IMG/VR virus record: IMGVR_UViG_3300025108_000070
Span: 1-53,146 of that record
Reading direction: 5' to 3' (one strand)
DNA length: 53,146 bases
From: a virus
Taxonomy: Duplodnaviria > Caudoviricetes
This document shows, piece by piece, positions 1-9,158 of this stretch; position 1 is the first letter of the stretch; each line of letters begins with the position of its first letter. A model generated the notes under the pieces. That model saw nothing but the letters and a program-made list of their open reading frames with translations. It made no database searches and was not told the origin of the DNA. Position numbers and translations under genes: made by a program.

Positions 1-144
1 GAAGTAGTTAAAGAAAGCAAAGAACTAAATTCAGATGAAACATTTAAGAGTGTTGACTATGGTAAAATGGTAGCAGTCTTAATAAAGGCAGTACAAGAAC
101 AACAAGTTCAAATAGATGAACTTAAAACACAAATAGGAGAATAA
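1..144 (+). CDS. Partial CDS: C-terminus of a tail fibre with intramolecular chaperone (peptidase S74-like) tail
   Basis: Not in ORF track. Frame 1 reads EVVKESKELNSDETFKSVDYGKMVAVLIKAVQEQQVQIDELKTQIGE*; VDY..(L/M)...L..A(V/I)QE plus coiled coil is the typical S74 end. Confidence 0.8.
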   Translation, partial: EVVKESKELNSDETFKSVDYGKMVAVLIKAVQEQQVQIDELKTQIGE

Positions 145-145
145 C

Positions 146-385
146 ATGGCTAAAGTAATAGCAGAAAAAGCTAATGAAATTGAATCATCGCCAAAGCAAG
201 TTGAAATCAAACATACTAAAGTAATGCAGAATGCGTCAGGCAATAATGTTACTGTAATTGATTTCATTGAAACTAAAGGTGTTGATGAAGCAATTTCAGA
301 AGCAGAAGCACAATTAGTAACTGCAGAAGCAAGAGTAGCTGAATTAGAAGCAGACATTGTTGAATATAAAGCAATAAAAGGTTAA
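146..385 (+). CDS. Hypothetical tail-associated protein with C-terminal coiled coil
   Basis: RBS AGGAG; directly follows the fibre gene. Confidence 0.7.
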   Translation: MAKVIAEKANEIESSPKQVEIKHTKVMQNASGNNVTVIDFIETKGVDEAISEAEAQLVTAEARVAELEADIVEYKAIKG

Positions 386-389
386 TTAA

Positions 390-683
390 ATGCCAGTAAC
401 TGGTGCAGCACTAAACAATATTGGACCAATTAGAGTTAGAGGAAGTAGCGTTCCAGCAGATGACCAAACTTATACAGATGGTTTGTTTTACTGCGTACAC
501 GGAGATGCTCCTTTTGATGATGCTAATTTACCAAGTCAGACTACCAATTTTAGTTTAAGTACTTTAAATGGTCTGGTAAATAGCTTAGCAGTTAAACCAA
601 ACTATAGTTCGGGTTCAACTAATAAGGGGTTAAATGAATGTAGGGGTGCTATGCCACAAGCAAATGGTGGACCTGCACCATAA
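390..683 (+). CDS. Hypothetical small tail-associated protein
   Basis: ORF in operon; G/S/N-rich. Confidence 0.6.
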   Translation: MPVTGAALNNIGPIRVRGSSVPADDQTYTDGLFYCVHGDAPFDDANLPSQTTNFSLSTLNGLVNSLAVKPNYSSGSTNKGLNECRGAMPQANGGPAP

Positions 684-690
684 AGAGCAC

Positions 691-719
691 TTGAATAAAT
701 AATATTTATTTAATATATT
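691..719 (+). promoter_or_regulatory. Sigma70-like promoter
   Basis: TTGAAT-17 nt-TATATT in an intergenic gap upstream of the 755 ORF; AT-rich background lowers specificity. Confidence 0.5.
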
Positions 720-754
720 CTAACAACTATTAATAGTAAATAAGGAGAAATAAA

Positions 755-919
755 ATGGCTAAAGAAAAAGTAGAGCAACAACAAGAAATGAATTTAGAAG
801 ACACTCTAAAATCTATTGAAGCTCAAATAGCTGAATTACGTGGTATGCACAACTATATTTCTGGTTTGAAAGAACAAGGATTTAAAGTTGTACCTCCTGT
901 AAAACAAGAGGAAAAATAG
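755..919 (+). CDS. Small hypothetical protein (54 aa), not in ORF track
   Basis: RBS TAAGGAG; MAKEKVEQQQEMNLEDTLKSIEAQIAELRGMHNYISGLKEQGFKVVPPVKQEEK. Confidence 0.75.
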   Translation: MAKEKVEQQQEMNLEDTLKSIEAQIAELRGMHNYISGLKEQGFKVVPPVKQEEK

Positions 920-923
920 AAGG

Positions 924-947
924 GTGGGGGGAGCTAGTCTCCCCTAC
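924..947 (+). other. GC-rich intergenic hairpin (processing site, stabiliser or weak terminator)
   Basis: GGGGGAG-ctagt-CTCCCCT stem; no U-tract follows. Confidence 0.4.
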
Positions 948-975
948 ACTAACATTAAATTTGGAGTAAAAAAAC

Positions 976-1272
976 ATGGAAGTTGGAAAAGGAACAAAAC
1001 TAACATTCAGTATAGAAACTTTTGTGAGTATATCTGTAACTATATTCATGATAGTTGGTTTGTGGTTTAATCTTCAAGCAGAGATAGAACTTGCTAAAGA
1101 ATTACCAGAACCAGAAGTATCACGTATGGAATATGATTTGAAGGACCAAATGGTTCGTGATTCGATTATGAATACAGAAGAAAAGGTAGAAAAACTTGAA
1201 GAGAAAGTAGATTCAGTTAAAGATGACACAAGAAGTATTAATGAAACTCTTCTGAACATGAATAACAATTAA
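976..1272 (+). CDS. Membrane-anchored coiled-coil protein
   Basis: Hydrophobic FVSISVTIFMIVGLWF followed by heptad-like charged region. Confidence 0.65.
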   Translation: MEVGKGTKLTFSIETFVSISVTIFMIVGLWFNLQAEIELAKELPEPEVSRMEYDLKDQMVRDSIMNTEEKVEKLEEKVDSVKDDTRSINETLLNMNNN

Positions 1273-1281
1273 TGAGGTTTA

Positions 1282-1668
1282 ATGATGAACAACAAATTTA
1301 TATCATACTTGGTATTAACGCTTTTCTCGTCACTATCTTGTTTGCACTCACAATCTGTCAACTTAGATAATTTCGCAGAAATACAAGGGTTGAATATACA
1401 AAAGTGTGCTGTAATACAAGTTAATGCATCTTGGAATCACGCAAATCGAGTTCAGATAGAAAAATTAGCTGATTTGTGCTATGTAGCTGAAATAGATTTA
1501 ACTAATAAAGTAGTAGGTGCGGTTATCCAAAAAGAATGGAAAATCAAAGTAGTCCCTACTATTATTATTTTAAAAGAAGGAAAAGAAGTAATGCGTTATG
1601 AACCTGGTATTAGTATGAGGTTTGACGAACGTGAAGTTTTTGATAAGATTAAAAAAGAAATTAAATAA
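1282..1668 (+). CDS. Thioredoxin-fold-like protein with signal peptide, lacking CxxC
   Basis: N-terminal hydrophobic segment; IQVNASWN at the WCxxC position; WKIKVVPTIIILKEGKEV cis-Pro motif. Confidence 0.6.
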   Translation: MMNNKFISYLVLTLFSSLSCLHSQSVNLDNFAEIQGLNIQKCAVIQVNASWNHANRVQIEKLADLCYVAEIDLTNKVVGAVIQKEWKIKVVPTIIILKEGKEVMRYEPGISMRFDEREVFDKIKKEIK

Positions 1669-1679
1669 CAGGAGAAAAT

Positions 1680-1838
1680 ATGATAGAATTTATAATAGGA
1701 TTAGTTTTAGGATTTGGGTTGCATTATGCAATTTTTTGTTCAAAAGACCTTAAAAATAAATGTGTAAAATGTTATGATTTTATGCTATTAAAAAAGAAAG
1801 TTGTAAAAGCAAACAAGAAAAAGAAAGGTAAAAAATAA
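1680..1838 (+). CDS. Small membrane protein (52 aa), not in ORF track
   Basis: RBS AGGAG; MIEFIIGLVLGFGLHYAIFC... with Lys-rich tail; TAATG overlap with next gene. Confidence 0.7.
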   Translation: MIEFIIGLVLGFGLHYAIFCSKDLKNKCVKCYDFMLLKKKVVKANKKKKGKK

Positions 1839-2209
1839 TGCCTAGACTAGATATAGTTGCTGGTATTATTGATAAGGTTGCAGGTCATGTAGACAAGTTT
1901 ACTTTAGACAAACAGGAGAAAGCTGAATTGATTGCAGAAATCAACAAAGCACAAATGGAAGTCAATAAAGTAGAAGCTGGTCATACAAGTATCTTTGTTG
2001 CGGGATGGAGACCCTTTACTGGGTGGATATGTGCCACAGCATTAGGGTATCATTTTATATTGCAACCTCTATTAACATTCGTGTTATATAGTTTTGGAAA
2101 TGAAATAGCATTACCAACCTTTGATATGGGAACTCTTACAACAGTACTTCTCGGAATGCTCGGGCTTGGTGGAATGCGCTCGTTTGAGAAGGTAAAGAAA
2201 AGTGCCTAA
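1838..2209 (+). CDS. Holin (GTA 3TM-holin-like)
   Basis: GWRPFTGW...LLGMLGLGGMRSFEK signature, hydrophobic helices. Confidence 0.8.
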   Translation: MPRLDIVAGIIDKVAGHVDKFTLDKQEKAELIAEINKAQMEVNKVEAGHTSIFVAGWRPFTGWICATALGYHFILQPLLTFVLYSFGNEIALPTFDMGTLTTVLLGMLGLGGMRSFEKVKKSA

Positions 2210-3671
2210 AAAAGAATTAAATATAGTAGCTTTTCACGGAGGAATAAATGACAATGCTGACCCTAAGGATATACAAGAAATAGAGTTAGTTAGCGCTACT
2301 GGAATAAATTGTTCTAAAATTGGAAGAATAGTAGGCTTAGGAAATACTCATGCAACTTCAATAGAATCTCAACAATCATATGATATAGAAAAAGGATATG
2401 GTTTATTTTATTATTCTACGGACCACCAATATGATGGAAGTCTTGGAACTCAAGATTGGTTAACATATTTTCATAAAACTGATGGTAAAGTATATTTAAA
2501 GACTAAAGGAGCTTCAAATTTTCACAATTTTACTTTAGGAGCTGGAGCAAAACCTAATTATTTTGTAGGAGATGGGGCTTTGAGAGTTTCAGATAGTACT
2601 TTTACAAGAGATACAATGTGGAGAGGATTTGTAGATAGTAAATTGTTTCAATATGACTCAAATAAAACTGATTATTTGACTATAAATGAATGGGTTAATA
2701 CAGCTCAACAATTAAAAAGTTTTGATGATTTATCTGTAACTTTAACAACATTTGATGCTAGTTCTGCTAATCCAGGGACAAGTAATATAACTGATGTAAC
2801 TTTAGGTAGTGCTGGTCATATATGTTTATCATATTGGAAAAATGATGATGGAGATTGGAATGGTAATTATCAGTTTGCAGCAACTCCGATGTTTAAAGGA
2901 AATCAAGAAGGTCCTATGAGTGTTATAGCTCAAGGTATCAATTTTTACGACAATCAAGTGTCATTTCAAGTGTATGTATCTTTAGGAGACCAGACTTGGA
3001 GTGGTACAAATTTTACTCAATTATCAGATAATTCAGCCCATCCTTTAATAGATGATAGGATAATAGGAATTAATTGGTATTTTAGAAGAGACGCTGATGA
3101 CGATTGGGTGTTATTACAATACACTGATTTGTTAGAAGGAGATAAGTATTATTGGGGCGAATACAATACAACAGACCACCCTACTTATGGTATATTTTCT
3201 GGAAGCATTAATATAAAAAGTGGAAATAATTTAAATTTACACAAAGAAGATGATAGTGGAACTTTGTTAGGTGTAGATTTAAACGGAATAACTGTTCCAG
3301 CAGATGAAGTGGCTTCATATCAAAATGCTTTATTAAAAGTAACTGTTACAAACAATGCTACACCTGGATTTATTGGAAGAAAAGGATTTTTAAGAGCTTG
3401 GGGAGGTTTTATATCTCCAGTATATCTAAATGCAACTTCTAGTCATCCAAATGGTATTCCTTTAGATGACGCTTCAGAAGCTTATAATATACCTATTAAT
3501 ACTGGTGGAGCTGGAACAAGAGAATTTATGGTAGAATTATTAGACGAAAATTTATCTGTAATAGCCGCTAGTGATAAAGTAACTATTACAGTAACAGATG
3601 TAGGAACTGAACCTCCTCCTACATACGAAGAATCAGATGGTAGAAGCGGCGGAGGAAATCCTTATGGCTAA
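2202..3671 (+). CDS. Tail nozzle/stabilisation-like protein, N-terminal part
   Basis: Starts MPK...FHGGIN...DP.DI as in podovirus stabilisation proteins; beta-rich; precedes ejection genes. Confidence 0.55.
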   Translation: MPKKELNIVAFHGGINDNADPKDIQEIELVSATGINCSKIGRIVGLGNTHATSIESQQSYDIEKGYGLFYYSTDHQYDGSLGTQDWLTYFHKTDGKVYLKTKGASNFHNFTLGAGAKPNYFVGDGALRVSDSTFTRDTMWRGFVDSKLFQYDSNKTDYLTINEWVNTAQQLKSFDDLSVTLTTFDASSANPGTSNITDVTLGSAGHICLSYWKNDDGDWNGNYQFAATPMFKGNQEGPMSVIAQGINFYDNQVSFQVYVSLGDQTWSGTNFTQLSDNSAHPLIDDRIIGINWYFRRDADDDWVLLQYTDLLEGDKYYWGEYNTTDHPTYGIFSGSINIKSGNNLNLHKEDDSGTLLGVDLNGITVPADEVASYQNALLKVTVTNNATPGFIGRKGFLRAWGGFISPVYLNATSSHPNGIPLDDASEAYNIPINTGGAGTREFMVELLDENLSVIAASDKVTITVTDVGTEPPPTYEESDGRSGGGNPYG

Positions 3672-4104
3672 AGATGTATTAAAATTAGTTGAAAAAGCTA
3701 AACAATCATTTCCTAGATTTAGATATTACGCAGCAGGTAGTTGGGTTAGGAATGAAAAAGATTTTAAAGATTATGATATGCAAATACTTCCTCCAAGTAA
3801 ATATATAACGGGAGATTGGGAAAAAGTTTTATCTATATTCCACAATCAAATAGCTGAAGATGGAAAACATATTGATGTTCATATTTTTCCGTCAATAAAA
3901 GAGTTGTTACATTTAGATGGTCCTGAAATTTTTAAAATAAAAGATATGATAGTTCCAAGATATTTTTATTCAGAAAATAATCCAAATATAGAAGGCGCTA
4001 AAAAACTATTTGACAATTTATGGGTAAGGAATAGAAAAATTATAATGGACAAACACCAATCAATAGGATTAGCTAATTCTAAATACATAGTGAGGGAATT
4101 GTAA
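3664..4104 (+). CDS. Minimal nucleotidyltransferase-like protein (Pol-beta superfamily)
   Basis: AGSWVR-x6-DYD and later HIDVH third Asp; start moved to ATG 3664 after GGAGG. Confidence 0.6.
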   Translation: MAKDVLKLVEKAKQSFPRFRYYAAGSWVRNEKDFKDYDMQILPPSKYITGDWEKVLSIFHNQIAEDGKHIDVHIFPSIKELLHLDGPEIFKIKDMIVPRYFYSENNPNIEGAKKLFDNLWVRNRKIIMDKHQSIGLANSKYIVREL

Positions 4105-5297
4105 TGTCAAAAAGAACAGCATTAATGAATCCAGGGAAATATCATTTAGGTAATTTATTTATATTCCCCCCTGTGCAAAATAGAAAATATGTTGATGTAA
4201 ATTTAATAAAAAAAATTCAATGGAAAACAAGCGTTTTAATTAATAGAAGAGCTTATGTTGCTAATGTAAAAGTTGTAGACAAAGACAATACTTCTCATAT
4301 TTTTACTGATAGTATTTTTAAATCTAAATCCAATAAATTTGATGTTTTTACTATGGATAGAAGAATAGATGTAGCTGTTGGGGATGGAGAAGAAATTGTA
4401 AAATTAATAGGATATGCTGATAGATTATTGCAATTCAAGCAAAATACTTTACACGTTATTAATGTAAGTGGTCAAGCAGAATATTTAGAGGCTACCCACA
4501 AATATAAAGGAGTTTCTAACCCTAATCAAGTTTGTGAAACAGATTTTGGTGTTGCGTGGTGCAATAATAATGGAGTTTATTTTTACAATGGAGAAACTGT
4601 AACTGATTTATTTATAAAATCTGGAATAAAAGTTATATCACAAGAAAAATGGGATGCTTTTTATAACGACTCTAATGAAACTATGATAGGTTATTCTCCA
4701 GCTGAAAAACAATTAGTATTATTTCAAGATGTAACAAATGGTGACGATGTAATGGTTTATGATATGATTACAACGTCTTGGGTAGAAGGTGGCGGAAGAA
4801 CTGAAAATAAAGAAAAAACTAATTTTGTAAATATTTGGGATGGTAGATTAGCTTTTGGATATGAAAACAGTGCGGGAGCAACTACTATATCTCCATGGAA
4901 TCCTTCTCCTACTAGAGCAATTACTCCTTTTGCTATAGAGACAAAAAATCATAATTTTGGAACACAAGCCAACAAAAAAGTAACTAAAGTATATATTACA
5001 TATAAAGGAGGCAATGGACCTGATGATACTGAACAAGATGTTACTACAAAAATATTACCTAAATTTTCTACTAATGGTCAAGATTTTGATGGAACATTTA
5101 AAGATGCTGACGGAAATAATATAACTGATATACCAGGTAGCGTAAATTGGACTGAAATAGAAATGTTAACAGATGGTAATGCCAATAATGTAAAGTCTTT
5201 TGCTGTAAGATTAGAAGAAGTTTCTAGTCAAAGTGTTGTTAGTGATATACAAATTAACGATATAACTATAGTATATAGGACTAAGAGTGTCAAGTAG
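4104..5297 (+). CDS. Tail nozzle/stabilisation-like protein, C-terminal part
   Basis: Beta-propeller-like pattern (GDGEEIVKL...DRLLQFK...GVYFYNG); ends INDITIVYR. Confidence 0.55.
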   Translation: MSKRTALMNPGKYHLGNLFIFPPVQNRKYVDVNLIKKIQWKTSVLINRRAYVANVKVVDKDNTSHIFTDSIFKSKSNKFDVFTMDRRIDVAVGDGEEIVKLIGYADRLLQFKQNTLHVINVSGQAEYLEATHKYKGVSNPNQVCETDFGVAWCNNNGVYFYNGETVTDLFIKSGIKVISQEKWDAFYNDSNETMIGYSPAEKQLVLFQDVTNGDDVMVYDMITTSWVEGGGRTENKEKTNFVNIWDGRLAFGYENSAGATTISPWNPSPTRAITPFAIETKNHNFGTQANKKVTKVYITYKGGNGPDDTEQDVTTKILPKFSTNGQDFDGTFKDADGNNITDIPGSVNWTEIEMLTDGNANNVKSFAVRLEEVSSQSVVSDIQINDITIVYRTKSVK

Positions 5298-8200
5298 AGA
5301 GAGACAACTTAGACATTTAGCTCAATCTAAACCTAAATTTAGAGAAGATATTCCTGACAATGATAGCGGTAGAGATGGGGATATTGTATATGTAAAACGA
5401 AACAATATTACTGAAAGCTACATTAAAGAAGATGGGGAATGGATAAATTTATTTACTGGTACTGATGTTCAAAGAACTGCGCAACAAGGTGGTTCTAGGG
5501 TAAGAATGATAGGGGGAATGTCTGTTGCTGTTCCGAGCGGTGGAAGCGGAAATCACAATTTATTATTAAACCTAGACGATGACGACCACACTCAATATGT
5601 ACACAACATAGCTCCTAGAACTATTACAGCTAATCATACTTTTTCAGGCAATCCATCTTTTAGCGGTCAACCAGCTTTTTCTAATATAGATATTAATGGT
5701 GGAGATATAGCAAGTGGAGTAGTAATTAACAAATCTCCAGTAGTTAATTTTAATAGTGGAGATGTTCAAGGTTCTATAACATTAAATAGTTTAGCTAGTG
5801 GAACTGGTTCATTAACTATACAAACCGATGCTGTAGAAGGTTCTATGATAGCTGATAATGCTGTAAGTCTTACTACTCACACAACAGGTAATTATATGGT
5901 CAATGTAACAGGTAATAGTCAAGTATCTGTTAGTCATTCTCAAGGCGAAGGTTCAACCGCTGCCTTAAGTATTACAAATGATTCTATAACAAACACACAA
6001 TTGCAATACAATACTGGACAACATTTAACTACAAGTTCTAATGTTCAGTTTGGAAACATAAGCGGTAGCGCCATTACTGGAACAACATTAAATACTGGTC
6101 ATGGAGCAAATGAATTATATCCAATGAATCAAGCGGTAAGAACTACTGACAATGTTCAGTTTGGTGATATAGTTGTTTCTGGAGACGATATAAGTTCAGA
6201 CCCTTATTCATCAGGTTTTGCTGGTAGTGGATGGAAAATAGACAATACATCTACAGCTGAATTTAGTGATTTGATATTGCGAGGAAGTTTAACAGTATAT
6301 GAACTATTAATACAACAAATAAGAGCAACCAATGGTAATGTATTTATTACTAGTAGCGCTAAAGTAGAAAGCTCTAATAGTTTAAGCGCTAGTGATGATG
6401 ATGGTACTATAACATTTGAAGCACCCCAAAACAATTTATGTCCTTTTGTAGCTAACGATATTATAATGATGCAAAAAGTTAAACCTGGAGCTGCTGCTTC
6501 TGGTGCAAATATAATTAAAAAATTAGTCTACAAGGTAAGTTCTGTTTCTAATAATGTAGCAACAGTAACTAATATAGGATACAACAATAGCAGTTTTCCT
6601 GAGGCTGGAGATGAATTTGTTCGCATAGGAAATACAAGTGTAGCAACTAGACAAGGAGCTATATATTTAACTTCAGATGATTCTAATGCACCCTTTATTG
6701 ATATTAAAGATGGTGTAACTAGTTATGCTGATTGGAATGACGCTACAAAAACTAAGGTGCGAATAGGTAAACTTGATGGCATCACAGACACTAACGCTGG
6801 ACTAAATGGTAGTCAAAGTGATTTATATGGATTATATAGTGAATCTGTTTATTTAAAAGGACACATATATGCTACTTCTGGTGAAATAGGAGGCATATCA
6901 ATTAATGCAGGAACTTTAACTATTGCAGCTTCAGATATATCTGATGTTAACGCTTACACCACAGGACAAGATAAACAAAAATTAACACAGCTTTTAAACG
7001 ATAGTCCTACTGGTAGCGGTTTCTTTTTAGATGCAAATAAATTAGGATATTATACAAATGGAGCTTTTAAAACATATATGGCTCGTAATGGCGATTTTGC
7101 ATTAGTACAAACTGGTGGGAGTGCTAATAATACATTAACATGGGATTCTAGTACTGGTACTTTAAATGTAACTGGAGTTATTACAGTAACTAATACTGGA
7201 GATTTTGCTCCTACAAATGCTGAAGCAAATGATTCTGCACAAAATAATCCAACTACATATTCTTTTGGAGGTAATAGCGGCTTTACTTTAACTACAAATG
7301 GAACTCCTACTACTGGGTTAAATATTACTTCAGATTTTATGGGGTATTATGATGGTGCTTGGAAAACTATGATAAAAAATAATGGAGATTTTTTCTTAGG
7401 AGGAACTAGTGGTTCTTTAGTATGGACTCACGCTTCAAACACTTTAGCGATAAAAGGTTCTTTAACAGCAGAACAAGACGCACAAAATAAAGTAGAGATT
7501 TTACCAAACGATAGTAGTAAAGCTACTCTTACAGTTAAAAGAGCTAATGTAGATATATTTGAAGTAGGTAGTTCTACTCAATCCTTTGCTTATAATGATT
7601 TTATTGTAGCTGATAGTGCTCCTAGTTGGGGTGGGGGAACAAGTGATTTATCTGGTTCTACTGATGTAGTCTATGCAAAAAGATTATCTTCTGAAGACCA
7701 AATAACTAATAATATTATAGCTAATAGATTTTTTAAAGTAGATAGCACAGATGCAACTAAAACTAATTTTTATGTAAAAATAAATGATGATGATTTAAAT
7801 GCTACCGCAGTAAACGCTACTCCAGTAAATGCAGTATTTAGTATACAAAAAGATTATATAAGCGATTTTAGTACTGATAAATACATTAAACAATCAATGT
7901 TGTTTGATACACAAATAGATTCTGGTCACGCAGATGCTAATAATATGAGGTTTACTAATTCTAGTGGAGTAGGAACAAGCATCTATCAATTCCAAGCAAT
8001 AGTAAAAGATACTGCTACTGGCGATAACTATGCAGACGGAGCTTTATGTTTAATGGGATTAGATGTAGATGTAAGCAATTTAAATTCATTAGATAGAGAT
8101 GATTTTGTGTTTATACAGGCTAAAAATGGGTCTACAAAGAAGTTTCAGGTCCAACACGATGGTGATGTAGTCTCAGCTGGAAATATCACCGCATTTGGCG

Positions 8201-8505
8201 CATCTGGTAATTTTTTAAATGTATCGGATATTAGACTTAAAAAAGACATAGAAAGGTTAAAAGATTCTTCTGAATTAGTTATGCAATTAAAACCTAGTAC
8301 ATATAAATGGAAAGAAGATAATTTAGAGGATGTAGGGTTTATAGCACAAGAAGTAGAAGAAGTATTACCTAATGTAGTTCATGTTACTCCTGGATTTATA
8401 GGAGATGATGAAAAGGTTAAAACTGTATCCTATATAAAGATTATACCTTATTTAGTTGATACAATACAAGAATTAACAAAACGCATAGAGGAGCTTGAAA
8501 AATGA
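5287..8505 (+). CDS. Tail fibre/spike with C-terminal S74 intramolecular chaperone
   Basis: G/S/T/N-rich beta repeats; SDIRLKKDI...GFIAQEVEEVLP...VSY...L...IQEL. Confidence 0.85.
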   Translation: MSSRERQLRHLAQSKPKFREDIPDNDSGRDGDIVYVKRNNITESYIKEDGEWINLFTGTDVQRTAQQGGSRVRMIGGMSVAVPSGGSGNHNLLLNLDDDDHTQYVHNIAPRTITANHTFSGNPSFSGQPAFSNIDINGGDIASGVVINKSPVVNFNSGDVQGSITLNSLASGTGSLTIQTDAVEGSMIADNAVSLTTHTTGNYMVNVTGNSQVSVSHSQGEGSTAALSITNDSITNTQLQYNTGQHLTTSSNVQFGNISGSAITGTTLNTGHGANELYPMNQAVRTTDNVQFGDIVVSGDDISSDPYSSGFAGSGWKIDNTSTAEFSDLILRGSLTVYELLIQQIRATNGNVFITSSAKVESSNSLSASDDDGTITFEAPQNNLCPFVANDIIMMQKVKPGAAASGANIIKKLVYKVSSVSNNVATVTNIGYNNSSFPEAGDEFVRIGNTSVATRQGAIYLTSDDSNAPFIDIKDGVTSYADWNDATKTKVRIGKLDGITDTNAGLNGSQSDLYGLYSESVYLKGHIYATSGEIGGISINAGTLTIAASDISDVNAYTTGQDKQKLTQLLNDSPTGSGFFLDANKLGYYTNGAFKTYMARNGDFALVQTGGSANNTLTWDSSTGTLNVTGVITVTNTGDFAPTNAEANDSAQNNPTTYSFGGNSGFTLTTNGTPTTGLNITSDFMGYYDGAWKTMIKNNGDFFLGGTSGSLVWTHASNTLAIKGSLTAEQDAQNKVEILPNDSSKATLTVKRANVDIFEVGSSTQSFAYNDFIVADSAPSWGGGTSDLSGSTDVVYAKRLSSEDQITNNIIANRFFKVDSTDATKTNFYVKINDDDLNATAVNATPVNAVFSIQKDYISDFSTDKYIKQSMLFDTQIDSGHADANNMRFTNSSGVGTSIYQFQAIVKDTATGDNYADGALCLMGLDVDVSNLNSLDRDDFVFIQAKNGSTKKFQVQHDGDVVSAGNITAFGASGNFLNVSDIRLKKDIERLKDSSELVMQLKPSTYKWKEDNLEDVGFIAQEVEEVLPNVVHVTPGFIGDDEKVKTVSYIKIIPYLVDTIQELTKRIEELEK

Positions 8506-9101
8506 CATTACAACTTTCAGGACCTATAAGTTTTGGCGATATTAATGACGAAATGAATAATAATAATAACGATACATTAGATTTAAGAAGCGCATCAGCA
8601 GCTTTTAATTTAACAACTCCCGATAGTATGGATGAATTTTACGGGTTATCATTAGACCCTGAATGGTCAAGTGTATTTGGTAACTTTAGTTTTTCTACAT
8701 ATTATGATTCATCTGGAAGTACTTTTAATATATCTACTAGCAAGACAGCAGTATTAACTAATGGGAACAATGGAACTACTACAATTACTTGTGGAAATCC
8801 TGTATTTAGTGGTTTAGGTACTAATGTAGGGAATATGCGTGTTAGAGTAAGCACAAGCCCTATATCTAATGGAACTACAAATAACGGAAATGTTTCTGAT
8901 AGTGTAAGCATATCATTGTCTAGTAGTCCACAAACATTGTATATGAGATTTTATGTAGATTTTCCTAATGATACTGTAGATGCGAACTCCTATACTGGAA
9001 CTTCTACAATTACTTTATCTAACACTCCAAGTGGCGGTAGTACAGAATCTGTAACTAGAACAATTACTATATATGTACAGATGGATGAAGAAGGCGGATA
9101 A
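8502..9101 (+). CDS. Fibre-associated adhesin-like protein
   Basis: N-terminus MTLQLSGPISFGDIN...SMDEFYG, common in proteins following phage fibres; S/T-rich. Confidence 0.55.
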   Translation: MTLQLSGPISFGDINDEMNNNNNDTLDLRSASAAFNLTTPDSMDEFYGLSLDPEWSSVFGNFSFSTYYDSSGSTFNISTSKTAVLTNGNNGTTTITCGNPVFSGLGTNVGNMRVRVSTSPISNGTTNNGNVSDSVSISLSSSPQTLYMRFYVDFPNDTVDANSYTGTSTITLSNTPSGGSTESVTRTITIYVQMDEEGG

Positions 9102-9106
9102 AGTTG

Positions 9107-9138
9107 TTGAATTTTAATAATATTAACTGTAAATTAGA
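9107..9138 (+). promoter_or_regulatory. Putative late promoter, copy 1
   Basis: TTGAAT-17-TAAATT; 15-mer TAACTGTAAATTAGA identical at 44724. Confidence 0.65.
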
Positions 9139-9158
9139 TATAAAATCTGTGAGGAAAA

